DNA of 64,000 nucleotides from NCBI RefSeq assembly GCF_058153355.1, contig NZ_CM177019.1; one strand, 5' to 3'. Shown piece by piece: positions 23,564 to 32,680 of this stretch (position 1 is its first letter; each line of letters starts with the position of its first letter). The notes under the pieces were generated by a model. It saw only the letters and a program-made list of their open reading frames with translations, ran no database searches and was not told where the DNA came from. The position numbers and the translations under genes were made by a program.

Positions 23564-23899
23564 CTACGGCACACCGTGATCTTTCCCTGGACTCGATTTC
23601 GGTTTTGAAGGCGCTTCTATGCCCATAATATCCGGCGCTGAGATAAAAAAGCTATGGCACTGCACACAATGTACAACATGCTGGCTATAACTGTTTTTAA
23701 ACCTGTAGCCCTGATAACCAAATTCATTTGCCGGGCGCTCACAGCATGAACATTTTTCCTGAACTATTTCTGGTTCAGTCATATAAGGAGCAACAACATG
23801 AGTCAGTGATTTATATACCAGCTCAACAGGATGAGTTGTTATATCGACTTCGGAAATATTCATATTATTAATTCTCCAGACATTTTTAATTATAATCAA
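23564..23899 (-). CDS. Hypothetical Cys-rich protein; reading frame runs into the proposed intron 5' end
   Basis: 111 aa with CSCCERP...HCVQCH cysteine/histidine cluster; stop codon falls 10 nt inside the proposed intron. Confidence 0.3.
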   Translation of the reverse strand: MIIIKNVWRINNMNISEVDITTHPVELVYKSLTHVVAPYMTEPEIVQEKCSCCERPANEFGYQGYRFKNSYSQHVVHCVQCHSFFISAPDIMGIEAPSKPKSSPGKDHGVP

Positions 23900-24046
23900 T
23901 GATGGTTTTGTGCGAGTAGCAAGAAATTTCTTTATGTTTTTTTCAGGTACTTTAAGACGAACCTAACAATTCCAATGTAAAAATTAATTATCATGCTGAC
24001 TTTAGATCTACATACATCAGCACTGATACTCACTGTAATGAGTGAG

Positions 24047-24649
24047 TTATTTATCATAATTTCTCAATTGCACAGCATCACAAAGATGTTCATTTTTTAT
24101 ATCATACGAATATTCTACTTCACTACCATCATCACATTTTTTTGGCTGTGAAAAAGCATGAATTATAATATTTTCGCCATGAGAGTCGCATTCATTTTGA
24201 AGTATATCCATATCTTCCTGTGAATATGCCTGCATATAACTATATGGATTTTTTAGAATTTCAGACAACGGGAAAACATCCTCTTTCAATGAAATAGAGT
24301 CACCCAATGCCAGTAATTTATAATAATAATCTTTATCACCACCTTCTAAATCCCATGTAAAAAGGAATTGTCCCTCATCCCAGAACACTATTGCATTACG
24401 TTCTCCAGTGGCCCAGTTAAGACCCAGCATACAGAAATTATTTTTTAAATAATTCTTTTTATATAACAATAATAAATATCTTAAAGATTCTTCATAATGA
24501 CTTCTGTAAGGATCTTTCATGGTAACATGAAAGTATGATTCAGGTTTATCCCTAAATATTCCGAAACCGGGGGATTCAGGCAATGGTTTCGATAACGCTT
24601 CACCTGCAAACATGAATAAAACAGACAATATGATACTTCTGATTTTCAT
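24047..24649 (-). CDS. Putative periplasmic immunity protein (Sec signal peptide)
   Basis: 200 aa, N-terminal signal peptide MKIRSIILSVLFMFAGEALS; start codon overlaps stop of upstream ORF (ATGA). Confidence 0.4.
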   Translation of the reverse strand: MKIRSIILSVLFMFAGEALSKPLPESPGFGIFRDKPESYFHVTMKDPYRSHYEESLRYLLLLYKKNYLKNNFCMLGLNWATGERNAIVFWDEGQFLFTWDLEGGDKDYYYKLLALGDSISLKEDVFPLSEILKNPYSYMQAYSQEDMDILQNECDSHGENIIIHAFSQPKKCDDGSEVEYSYDIKNEHLCDAVQLRNYDK

Positions 24650-25566
24650 TTCTTTTTTCTCTGGTTCGGGTCATCAATAAATGACTGTTCCAACCCATAG
24701 AAATCCTGACCAGCCAGACTAAATATTAATTTAAAATTATTGCCAGGGGATGATTTCCCCTGGGTTCTCCAGGCATAAACATCTTTAATATGTGGCAATG
24801 AAGAGTAGAGTTCTTTACCTCTTGCAATATCAATAGAATATTTTATTAACCGCCTATTTTCTAAAAAATATTTATTTTGTCCAATATTAGCGTTCTTAAT
24901 AAGATCATCTATATGGTCATCGACATCTTTTCTTAAACCTGGATAATTACTAAATCCGGCAATAACTCTTTCCACTCTAATCAGTCCCACTAATGTTTTA
25001 TTATTAGAGGGAACATCAAGACGATCAGGGCGAGAGAAAGTAAAACGATTTAATAACGCACGTCGCATATATTGCATTGATTTTATCGCGTCTTTTTCAT
25101 TATACTTTTCCCCACGAGTTAAAGGGGTTTTCGTCTCAGCCAGTAAGACCATTAGCATGGCTCGTTCACTCTCCGAAAGACCATCTGCGAGTGTTTCTCT
25201 TTTTATTTTACTAAGGACATTAACAGTTAAAGTTGGAAAACAATTTTTATATACTCCTCCAACTGTTGCCGGGCAATGCCCCAGATATGCTCCAGATGAA
25301 CTGGCGCTATCATAGGCATGAATGGTAGCGATTCCCAATCCTTTTGCCCGGACAACTATAGTTTGCTCCAGTTGTCCTGTTCTGGAAGACTGCTCAATTG
25401 ATAAAATACCGGGGCGAGATGATGCCAATTTTAGATGCTGACCTTTGGCATCAAACCCTCTTATCTTAATACGAAAAACATCCTTATCAGTCATATAATA
25501 AAAAAATTTATTCAATGCTGTTTTTGAGTCCGAGTTTGGACTAATGAAAATTTCACCATTCGCCAT
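24646..25566 (-). CDS. Putative type VI secretion cargo effector, unknown activity
   Basis: 306 aa from MANGEIF... with GAGG RBS 6 nt upstream (track start 25665 is an upstream extension); AT-rich, downstream of vgrG, coupled to a secreted partner. Confidence 0.4.
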   Translation of the reverse strand: MANGEIFISPNSDSKTALNKFFYYMTDKDVFRIKIRGFDAKGQHLKLASSRPGILSIEQSSRTGQLEQTIVVRAKGLGIATIHAYDSASSSGAYLGHCPATVGGVYKNCFPTLTVNVLSKIKRETLADGLSESERAMLMVLLAETKTPLTRGEKYNEKDAIKSMQYMRRALLNRFTFSRPDRLDVPSNNKTLVGLIRVERVIAGFSNYPGLRKDVDDHIDDLIKNANIGQNKYFLENRRLIKYSIDIARGKELYSSLPHIKDVYAWRTQGKSSPGNNFKLIFSLAGQDFYGLEQSFIDDPNQRKKK

Positions 25567-25763
25567 TATGTACCTCACAAAAAACAATATAAAAATTGCG
25601 ATAAAGTATTCAATATGTTGATTCCCGTTATTGCAGGTAATATTCCTGCTCAATAAATGCACCAATCACTTTGTCGTGCATTTCTGTGGATTTCGAATAC
25701 CTCAGTGTCTTCCGGTCGAGTCGTTTCAGGCTGTTCCCAGGGCGAGAGCATGCTTTTGCCCTA

Positions 25764-26414
25764 TCACCTAATACAGAATCGATCATCTGAAACATATTCA
25801 CCCATCGCTACCTTATCGCCTAATTTTATTTTTTGCTCCCTGAGTAATCGATTGATATTTCCATCATAACAAAATTTTTTTTGTCTGCTATCAAAATAAT
25901 AATATTCATCCATCATCACTTCAAATTGCTCTCCATTTTGAGGGCCTATATAGCCCAACACACCTTTAATCCATATTTTATCTTCAACATGAGTAAAAGA
26001 TATTTTTTTAAAACCAATGCAAGGAGAGTAATCATTAAAAAAATAACCTTCAAATGGTTTATTTGAGACTATTATTCTTTTATCTGGAGTAAATATAGCA
26101 ATGTTGCATCTCTGAAAATCATCTTGGACAACACCTTTAATTTTATTACTATATACAAACGGTACAATGTAATATCCATTTCCTTTACTTATCTCTCTTA
26201 TTTGATCTTCATATATATATATATTATCATATTTATCTATATGCTTCCGAGTGTAATAGATATAAGAAAGTGGCTCCAAAGCATATTTTTGCTCAACAAA
26301 GCATCTTATTTCCTTCTCAATTTCACTGTAATCAACAGATAACATAGCATAACAATGCGTATAGCAAATTAGCATCAATGTGCTAACACTGCCTCGTATA
26401 ATCAATGACAACAT
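25764..26414 (-). CDS. Hypothetical protein, candidate immunity partner of the upstream hydrolase (start uncertain)
   Basis: 216 aa, very AT-rich, Tyr/Lys-rich, no recognisable domain; N-terminus weakly hydrophobic. Confidence 0.3.
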   Translation of the reverse strand: MLSLIIRGSVSTLMLICYTHCYAMLSVDYSEIEKEIRCFVEQKYALEPLSYIYYTRKHIDKYDNIYIYEDQIREISKGNGYYIVPFVYSNKIKGVVQDDFQRCNIAIFTPDKRIIVSNKPFEGYFFNDYSPCIGFKKISFTHVEDKIWIKGVLGYIGPQNGEQFEVMMDEYYYFDSRQKKFCYDGNINRLLREQKIKLGDKVAMGEYVSDDRFCIR

Positions 26415-27408
26415 TCACCTCCTGCCTATTTCGTGTGATTTGGATAGTCTCTGTTTGCGTGTTAATAACATCATCAGAAAGAAATTTATATGTATATCTA
26501 GAGAATGCTTGCCGCTCAAAATATTGGAAACCACCACCATTTACCAACTTAGAACAAAGACCTATTGATTCTGTATTAATTCCGGAATCACAACATCTAT
26601 TAATATTAACTATTGATGGTTCTTCACTATTGACTCTATATTGTTTAGAAACCCAAAAGAAACCAGCCGAATCAGTTGATAAATATTCACTAGAGGATAT
26701 CATATTAGGGTCATAATAAGGATACCAAATTTTATTTAATGTACCATCAATATAAACCTCCGTTCTCCCTGTTTGTCTGTTTCTTCTTGTTCTTCTTGGA
26801 TCACCCCAATAATGCAAGGAGTCATGTGTTATTCTATTATCTGTATAACTCTCACTCTGATTTAAATTAGAAAGAACCAGATCACTTTGGAATTTTTTAT
26901 ACTCTTCGTAATTACCAGCCCATGTTAATTGCATCATACCTCTACCATAAAACACTTGATAATACTCCATTGCAGGCGCAGTCCAGGTTCCATCATTTTT
27001 GGGATATCCCCGACCAAACTCTGTCATTGTTCGCATCATCGCTGTTTCGGTATATATTTGCCCAAGATATAAACCTTTTCTATTAGCATTAAGAATTAAG
27101 TATTTATTACAGCATCGGTTAAAATGTTTATAGTAGCTCTCCCACCGAGATTTTGCAGATTGAAAAGAAATAGAGTCAGTTTGGGGATCTCCTGGATATC
27201 CAGCATAATAAACGCGAGGTAATAATGACGCAACTTCATCTAAAGCCAGCCATCCACATTTCCTGAAATGGCTAATGAATGTCCTGGGGTCAAAATGCCA
27301 TACTCTTCCTGCGGGTAAATCACCGCTAATGCATAATGCCCTGGCATGAGCCAGAAGTTTATCCCAGTCTGGCCTTTTCATCGGTTTTGCGGCTAAACTC
27401 ATCCTCAC
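26383..27408 (-). CDS. GH19 (chitinase/lysozyme-like) domain protein, putative peptidoglycan-targeting effector
   Basis: LGQIYTETAMMRT and EYYQVFYGRGMMQLTWAGNYEEY resemble the GH19 catalytic-region signatures; GTG start overlaps upstream ORF in a different frame. Confidence 0.45.
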   Translation of the reverse strand: MRMSLAAKPMKRPDWDKLLAHARALCISGDLPAGRVWHFDPRTFISHFRKCGWLALDEVASLLPRVYYAGYPGDPQTDSISFQSAKSRWESYYKHFNRCCNKYLILNANRKGLYLGQIYTETAMMRTMTEFGRGYPKNDGTWTAPAMEYYQVFYGRGMMQLTWAGNYEEYKKFQSDLVLSNLNQSESYTDNRITHDSLHYWGDPRRTRRNRQTGRTEVYIDGTLNKIWYPYYDPNMISSSEYLSTDSAGFFWVSKQYRVNSEEPSIVNINRCCDSGINTESIGLCSKLVNGGGFQYFERQAFSRYTYKFLSDDVINTQTETIQITRNRQEVNVVIDYTRQC

Positions 27409-28660
27409 CGTCTACCAGAAGCCAGTTAAAACGCTCCTCCAGTGAGGAGGCCTCCCATTCCTGATTGAAATGGCAAATAGCTCGCTGGCAACTACTGGCA
27501 AAATGTTTACTTCCTTTCCAGTTATTTATTGTGTCAGAATGACACTGACTGTCGTGAACAGAGTCATCATCCACCAGTCTCCATCCCATCCAGTGTGGAA
27601 AATCTCCGTCACTGTATTTTTTTATATTCGGATCAGCCAGATTTACCACTCCATGCCCCCCCGGATAATTTACTGTTCGCCAGAGCGGTGCATTGGATGG
27701 CGTCAATACCTCATGTTCACTATTAATCACCCGACCAAAGCGTAATAACTCAAATCCGGAACTGGGTCTCTGCGGATATAACTTCATTGCTGTTTTATAA
27801 AGATTATACTCATATTTATCACCGTCTTTATTAATCAATGCCTCGCCTACAGTTTCATATACATACTCATCTATCTCACCCTCACTCACTTCTTTTTTCA
27901 TTCTCGTCACCATCTCACAGTTTCCAGTATCAAATTTCATAGTAACGAACAACGGAAACATGCTGGTATAAACCGGTGACAAACCAGTGGTTTCAGCACT
28001 GTTATTTTCTGGTATCTTATCGTAGAAAATTGTGTCTACTGGTAAGTAGAAATGTATATCACCATACACAACTTCAGTTCTACCATCTTTTGTCAAATCA
28101 GTTTCTGGTTCCAGTTCTTCTCTACCTGTCAGCTTCTTTGTGTTTTCATCATCACTGAATATCTGGAAATGAAACTCTTTATCGCCATCTGCCAGGCCTG
28201 GTGTCCCTAACACATCCTTTCTGTATATCTTACTTCCCTGAGTCACTCTCCCCTCAATCTCATTCAGGTGCATATACACCGACCAGTATGTAACCTTCCC
28301 GGATTCGCCGTCACCTATTTCCGTTTCGTGTTTTATTACTACACATCCATCATCTGTTGGGCCGTTATAATTAAGCGGTGCTGAATCTCGTTTTTCAACC
28401 GATGAAGGCGTTCGGACATAAACAACTGTTCCGTCTGCAATTGCTCTGATTTTATCCTCTGCATTCGTGTACGAAATATGAATGCCGCCATGCCAGGAGC
28501 CTCGTAAATTTATAGGGTAATTTCTGAACTGATCAACTGGCATCATCCAGTCAATCCATGACTCATCAATCCCACTATTATTGGGATGAGTTAAAAAAGG
28601 AGGGCTAATTATCATTTTTAGTGTACCTTTATTAAAAAAGATAATGTAATGCTGGTACAT
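27359..28660 (-). CDS. M23/LytM-like domain protein with non-canonical active-site residues, putative effector
   Basis: WHGGIHIS...AIADGTVVYV...TYWSVYMHL...GTPGLADGDKEFHFQIF follows the M23 fold motif order, but HxxxD reads HGGIH and HxH reads FHF; 21 nt downstream of vgrG. Confidence 0.45.
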   Translation of the reverse strand: MYQHYIIFFNKGTLKMIISPPFLTHPNNSGIDESWIDWMMPVDQFRNYPINLRGSWHGGIHISYTNAEDKIRAIADGTVVYVRTPSSVEKRDSAPLNYNGPTDDGCVVIKHETEIGDGESGKVTYWSVYMHLNEIEGRVTQGSKIYRKDVLGTPGLADGDKEFHFQIFSDDENTKKLTGREELEPETDLTKDGRTEVVYGDIHFYLPVDTIFYDKIPENNSAETTGLSPVYTSMFPLFVTMKFDTGNCEMVTRMKKEVSEGEIDEYVYETVGEALINKDGDKYEYNLYKTAMKLYPQRPSSGFELLRFGRVINSEHEVLTPSNAPLWRTVNYPGGHGVVNLADPNIKKYSDGDFPHWMGWRLVDDDSVHDSQCHSDTINNWKGSKHFASSCQRAICHFNQEWEASSLEERFNWLLVDGEDEFSRKTDEKARLG

Positions 28661-28681
28661 TATCTGTTTAAATAGTTTTTA

Positions 28682-30718
28682 TTACGAAAATATGAAGTTC
28701 GCAGTCGTATCGTCATCAGCCTCTGGCACTTTCAGCGCCGCCGGTTGCAGCGTCGGCACGGGTGTCCCCGGACTTCCCCCACCGTTCAGGTTTATCTTCG
28801 GCCCCACGATATCCACGCCACCAGAATGAACGACAACGAACGAGCCGCCCACCTTCAGGGTGATTTTACCGCCGCTCTCCAGTACGATTTCATCCCGGAC
28901 CTTCATTCCCAGCGCGCCGGTAATTTTCCTCGCCAGGTCGCCTTTCACCTCCAGACTGTGTTTCCCCTCCACGAGGCTAATGTGGTTTCCTGTCGTCTTG
29001 TGCTCCTGCTTCCCTTCCACCGTCACCTTTCGGTCATTTTTTACATACAGACCGTCATCGTGGCTGACGTTCACCCGCCGGTCGTTCGTCACCTTCAGCG
29101 TCTGGTCATTGCGCACCGTGATGCTCCGGTTGTGGGCCACCGTGATGGTCTGGTCGTGCCCCCCGGCATTCTCTTTCCCCACCGTCACCGTCTGGCCCAG
29201 CCCCACGGTGATTTTCTGGTTGTTCCCGATGGTCTCCGTGTGGTCATGCTTCACGTCCGTTGTCCGGTCGTTGAGCACCTCCGTGTCCATGTTCTTCTGC
29301 GCGTGGATATAGACCTGCTCATTACTGGTGGCGTCCTCGAACCGCAATTCGTTAAAGCCGCTTCCTTTATAGGTCTTCGACCGTATCGTCATCTGCGTCT
29401 TCGTGCCCGGTAAATCCCCCGGTGAACGGTTGTCCTCATGGTAGGTGCGTCCCGTGACGATGGGCTGGTCCGGGTCCCCGTTCAGAAAGTCCACTATCAC
29501 TTCCTGACCCACACGCGGTATCGCCAGATTACCGAACCCCGCTCCCGCCCACGCCTGCGACACCCGTATCCAGCATGAACTCTCCTCCGTCATCCCGTGA
29601 TAACGGTCCCAGTGAAACTTCACCCGCACCCGTCCATGTTCGTCGCAGAATATCTCCTCGCCCTTCGGCCCGGTCACGATGGCACTCTGCGGGCCGTCCA
29701 CCTTCGGCTTCGGTAGCGGCGCGTGACGCCACGTCCTGTCCGCCGGTATCACCTCAAACTGGTTACTCAGCGTCGTTCCTTCACCGTGACTGCCGTGCAG
29801 CGCCTGCGGCTGTTCCCCCAGCAGCGTGCTTCCCACAACCTGCCATTCACGGTTCAGCGTCTCCGCACCACTCCGCCAGCCTTCCGTCTGGTAACGCGCA
29901 AAGTCCTGCCCGTGCTGCTCATCCTTGAAACGCCCCGGATAATCAAATATCTCGTACTGCGTTCCCTGTCCGTTCAGGCTCTCCCCGTCATGGCTGTAGT
30001 ACCCCGGCCACCCCGGCACTTTAAACGTATAATCCTGCGTCTCCACCGACGCCACGCTTATCTGCGCACGGTAACGAAACTCGCTGATGTACTCCGTCTT
30101 TCCCCCGGTCGTCGTGTTCGGGTTAAACGCCAGCGTTCCCATTCCCGTCAGCCCCGCCACGTCATCACACACCGCCAGCTTCTGCTCCGGCCCTTCCTGA
30201 CCGCAGCGCTCATAAAAGAAGATACCTTCCTCCGCCCACAGCCGGGTCAGGAATGCCAGGTCGCTCTCCCCGTACTGCACGCAGAACTCCCGCGCCGGGT
30301 GCGCCTCATAGAACAGCGGCATCCACGCCGTCACCCCGTTCTCTCTCAGAAGCTGTGCTGATATCGTCTGAATGTCCTGCTGCTGGAAGATACGGAAGTT
30401 CTGCCGTAACCCTGCCCGCCACAGCGGCGGGCTGATGCTCAGGGAATAACGCATCTGCCAGTCGTTGTTCTCACCGAGCTGCACCTCCGTCACGATACCG
30501 CTGACGTAACGCTGCGGGATATCACCCTGCCAGACCGTCAGCACCGCGCTCTTCTCCAGAAAATCTTCTGCCGTCAGGTCAGACAGTCCGCTGGCGATAT
30601 CCACATCCAGGATGAACGGTGTGCAGTGGTGCTGGTACAGACGGAAGCTCACCACCGCCGTCGCCATCTCCACAATACCGTCCACCGACAGCGTGAAACG
30701 TAATCCTTCTGAGGACAT
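28682..30718 (-). CDS. vgrG: Type VI secretion spike protein VgrG (no C-terminal effector extension)
   Basis: 678 aa, gp27/gp5-like core with C-terminal beta-helix repeats. Confidence 0.9.
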   Translation of the reverse strand: MSSEGLRFTLSVDGIVEMATAVVSFRLYQHHCTPFILDVDIASGLSDLTAEDFLEKSAVLTVWQGDIPQRYVSGIVTEVQLGENNDWQMRYSLSISPPLWRAGLRQNFRIFQQQDIQTISAQLLRENGVTAWMPLFYEAHPAREFCVQYGESDLAFLTRLWAEEGIFFYERCGQEGPEQKLAVCDDVAGLTGMGTLAFNPNTTTGGKTEYISEFRYRAQISVASVETQDYTFKVPGWPGYYSHDGESLNGQGTQYEIFDYPGRFKDEQHGQDFARYQTEGWRSGAETLNREWQVVGSTLLGEQPQALHGSHGEGTTLSNQFEVIPADRTWRHAPLPKPKVDGPQSAIVTGPKGEEIFCDEHGRVRVKFHWDRYHGMTEESSCWIRVSQAWAGAGFGNLAIPRVGQEVIVDFLNGDPDQPIVTGRTYHEDNRSPGDLPGTKTQMTIRSKTYKGSGFNELRFEDATSNEQVYIHAQKNMDTEVLNDRTTDVKHDHTETIGNNQKITVGLGQTVTVGKENAGGHDQTITVAHNRSITVRNDQTLKVTNDRRVNVSHDDGLYVKNDRKVTVEGKQEHKTTGNHISLVEGKHSLEVKGDLARKITGALGMKVRDEIVLESGGKITLKVGGSFVVVHSGGVDIVGPKINLNGGGSPGTPVPTLQPAALKVPEADDDTTANFIFS

Positions 30719-30934
30719 ATGACCTCCCTTGATTCACTTACAGAACACTGGTTGTCTACTGACCATGCAGCAGAGGGTGCCAGTACAGCGTTACGCTCAT
30801 ATTCAGGTACGCTACCGCCCGGGTTCCCGGCATCCACCATCTCCCTCATGAAAGCGTAACTCCTTACTGACACTCATTTTTTACACGTACAAAAACAACA
30901 TCCTGCACTAAGGCAGGATGTTGTTGACTCAGAT

Positions 30935-31453
30935 TTATGCTTCCAGCGGTGCACGCCAGTCATCGGCACCAGAAGTACCGGATTTGATGTGCTCCCACTC
31001 AACCTTACGGTAGGCCAGTGATACTGCGAGCAATTGCGTAAACTCACGCTGTGCAGGGTCCTGGCAGTGCGGCATATGCAGGTTCATGTCCACAATCGTC
31101 GCGTCAGTAAGACGTGTGGTGAAGTAGTGCTCCTGCTTGCCTTCAACAGAGGTACGCCACCAGTGCAGCTCCACTTTCGGCAGCATTTCACCGGAGGCCA
31201 GCGCGTTGTACAGCAGCGGAACGGCTTTGTTCAGCGCCACGGTGAAAATGAACGGTTTGTGAGCACGCTGCCCGGAAGGCTGACCAGACTGCGGATCGGT
31301 TGGAACAGTAACGTTATGCAGAAACTCCTGCACCAGCATTTCATCTTCGTGTCCCTGCACGTAGATATTGCCGACAGAATCTGCGGTGAAAGCACCGGCA
31401 GTGATGTTCCCCTGGGTCTGACCTGTAATTGAAATGTAACATGGGGTTGGCAT
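30935..31453 (-). CDS. hcp: Type VI secretion tube protein Hcp
   Basis: 172 aa Hcp-family sequence, upstream of vgrG and divergent from tssB. Confidence 0.9.
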   Translation of the reverse strand: MPTPCYISITGQTQGNITAGAFTADSVGNIYVQGHEDEMLVQEFLHNVTVPTDPQSGQPSGQRAHKPFIFTVALNKAVPLLYNALASGEMLPKVELHWWRTSVEGKQEHYFTTRLTDATIVDMNLHMPHCQDPAQREFTQLLAVSLAYRKVEWEHIKSGTSGADDWRAPLEA

Positions 31454-31900
31454 TTATGAACTCCTTGTGAAATTATCAACTGCTGTTTTACGAACAACCC
31501 GTCGTTAATCCCCGACAGGTTAGAGTGTGATGCGGCTCACATCAGGAACCACACCCTTTTCTTTATTCGAGTTACAGGCACACGTAATTAGCACCTACCG
31601 AAAAACTCTTTTATGGTGTTTAAATATATTTTTAGTCAATTTCAGAACACGGTCACATAAGCTAAAAATATATCAACATCAACAGTAGAATTATCCATAA
31701 CGTATCCTCACCCCCATAAAAACCTACAATTTCGTCAAAAATCAATTATTACAACGCTTACTTCACCATCGTTCCGGCACGCAATTAAGATATTCCTTAA
31801 AGGAATTTCTTATGATGTATTGCTAGCAATTAATTAATTTATAAAACCATACATAAAACTTATTAATCAATTTAATAAACACATATAAATCAATGTGTTA

Positions 31901-31916
31901 TGGCACTTTATTGGCC
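31901..31916 (+). promoter_or_regulatory. Sigma-54-type promoter candidate about 240 bp upstream of tssB
   Basis: tggcactttattggcc: perfect -24 TGGCAC, GG-N10-GC spacing, imperfect -12 element (TGGC instead of TTGC). Confidence 0.25.
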
Positions 31917-32154
31917 GTAAAATTATATTCACCAAGTCTATAAATACCAAATTGATTTCACTAACATGTATTAATAATGAAGGATACATCTCTTTCAAAA
32001 ATATAAATAGTTCTTTTAATATTTTATTTCACGAGTAGAATACCGATCACAACAGAAGGAAGGCTACATTATCTAACTGCCACTGAAACGGTATTGTCGG
32101 TATTTGTATGCAGTACGAAAATGCTGTGCTCATGGCCTGAACGGGAACATTTTT

Positions 32155-32658
32155 ATGAGCAAAATGAACAACAATGGCGGTAGTGTCGCGCCGAAAGAAA
32201 GAATCAGCGTTCGGTATACACCAAAAGTTGATGGGGTGGCTGCTGATATCGAATTGCCGCTGAATTTATTGATCACCGGCAATCTGAAAGGGAAACCAGA
32301 TAACACGCCGTTGGATGAGCGAACTGCCATTGCTATCAACCGCTATAACCTCAACGCAGTCATTTCAGAAGCTGACATTGAACGGGAGTTTGTTGTTCCG
32401 GCTGAACTCAGTGACGCACCCAATGAGCAAATGTACGTCAACCTGAAAGTCAAATCTATGGATGACCTTTCTCCTGACCATATTGCCAGCCAGGTACCAG
32501 AAATAAAACGTCTGCTCGAATTGCGTGAAGCCCTGGTCGCACTTAAGTCTCCACTAGGCAATATTCCGGCCTTCCGCGCACAACTTCAGGCGCTACTGGA
32601 AAACGAAGACAGCCGCGAGCAGCTGATCCAGGAACTGGGTATCGCCGTTCAGAAATAA
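32155..32658 (+). CDS. tssB: T6SS contractile sheath small subunit TssB
   Basis: 167 aa from MSKMNNNGG...; first gene of the plus-strand T6SS operon. Confidence 0.9.
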   Translation: MSKMNNNGGSVAPKERISVRYTPKVDGVAADIELPLNLLITGNLKGKPDNTPLDERTAIAINRYNLNAVISEADIEREFVVPAELSDAPNEQMYVNLKVKSMDDLSPDHIASQVPEIKRLLELREALVALKSPLGNIPAFRAQLQALLENEDSREQLIQELGIAVQK

Positions 32659-32680
32659 TTTTCACAGAAGGATATTCAGT

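Noticed and set aside
28745-30361. Long plus-strand ORFs (222, 150, 117, 212 aa) antisense to vgrG
   Set aside because: Arg/Pro-rich shadow frames inside a GC-rich, well-supported vgrG gene.
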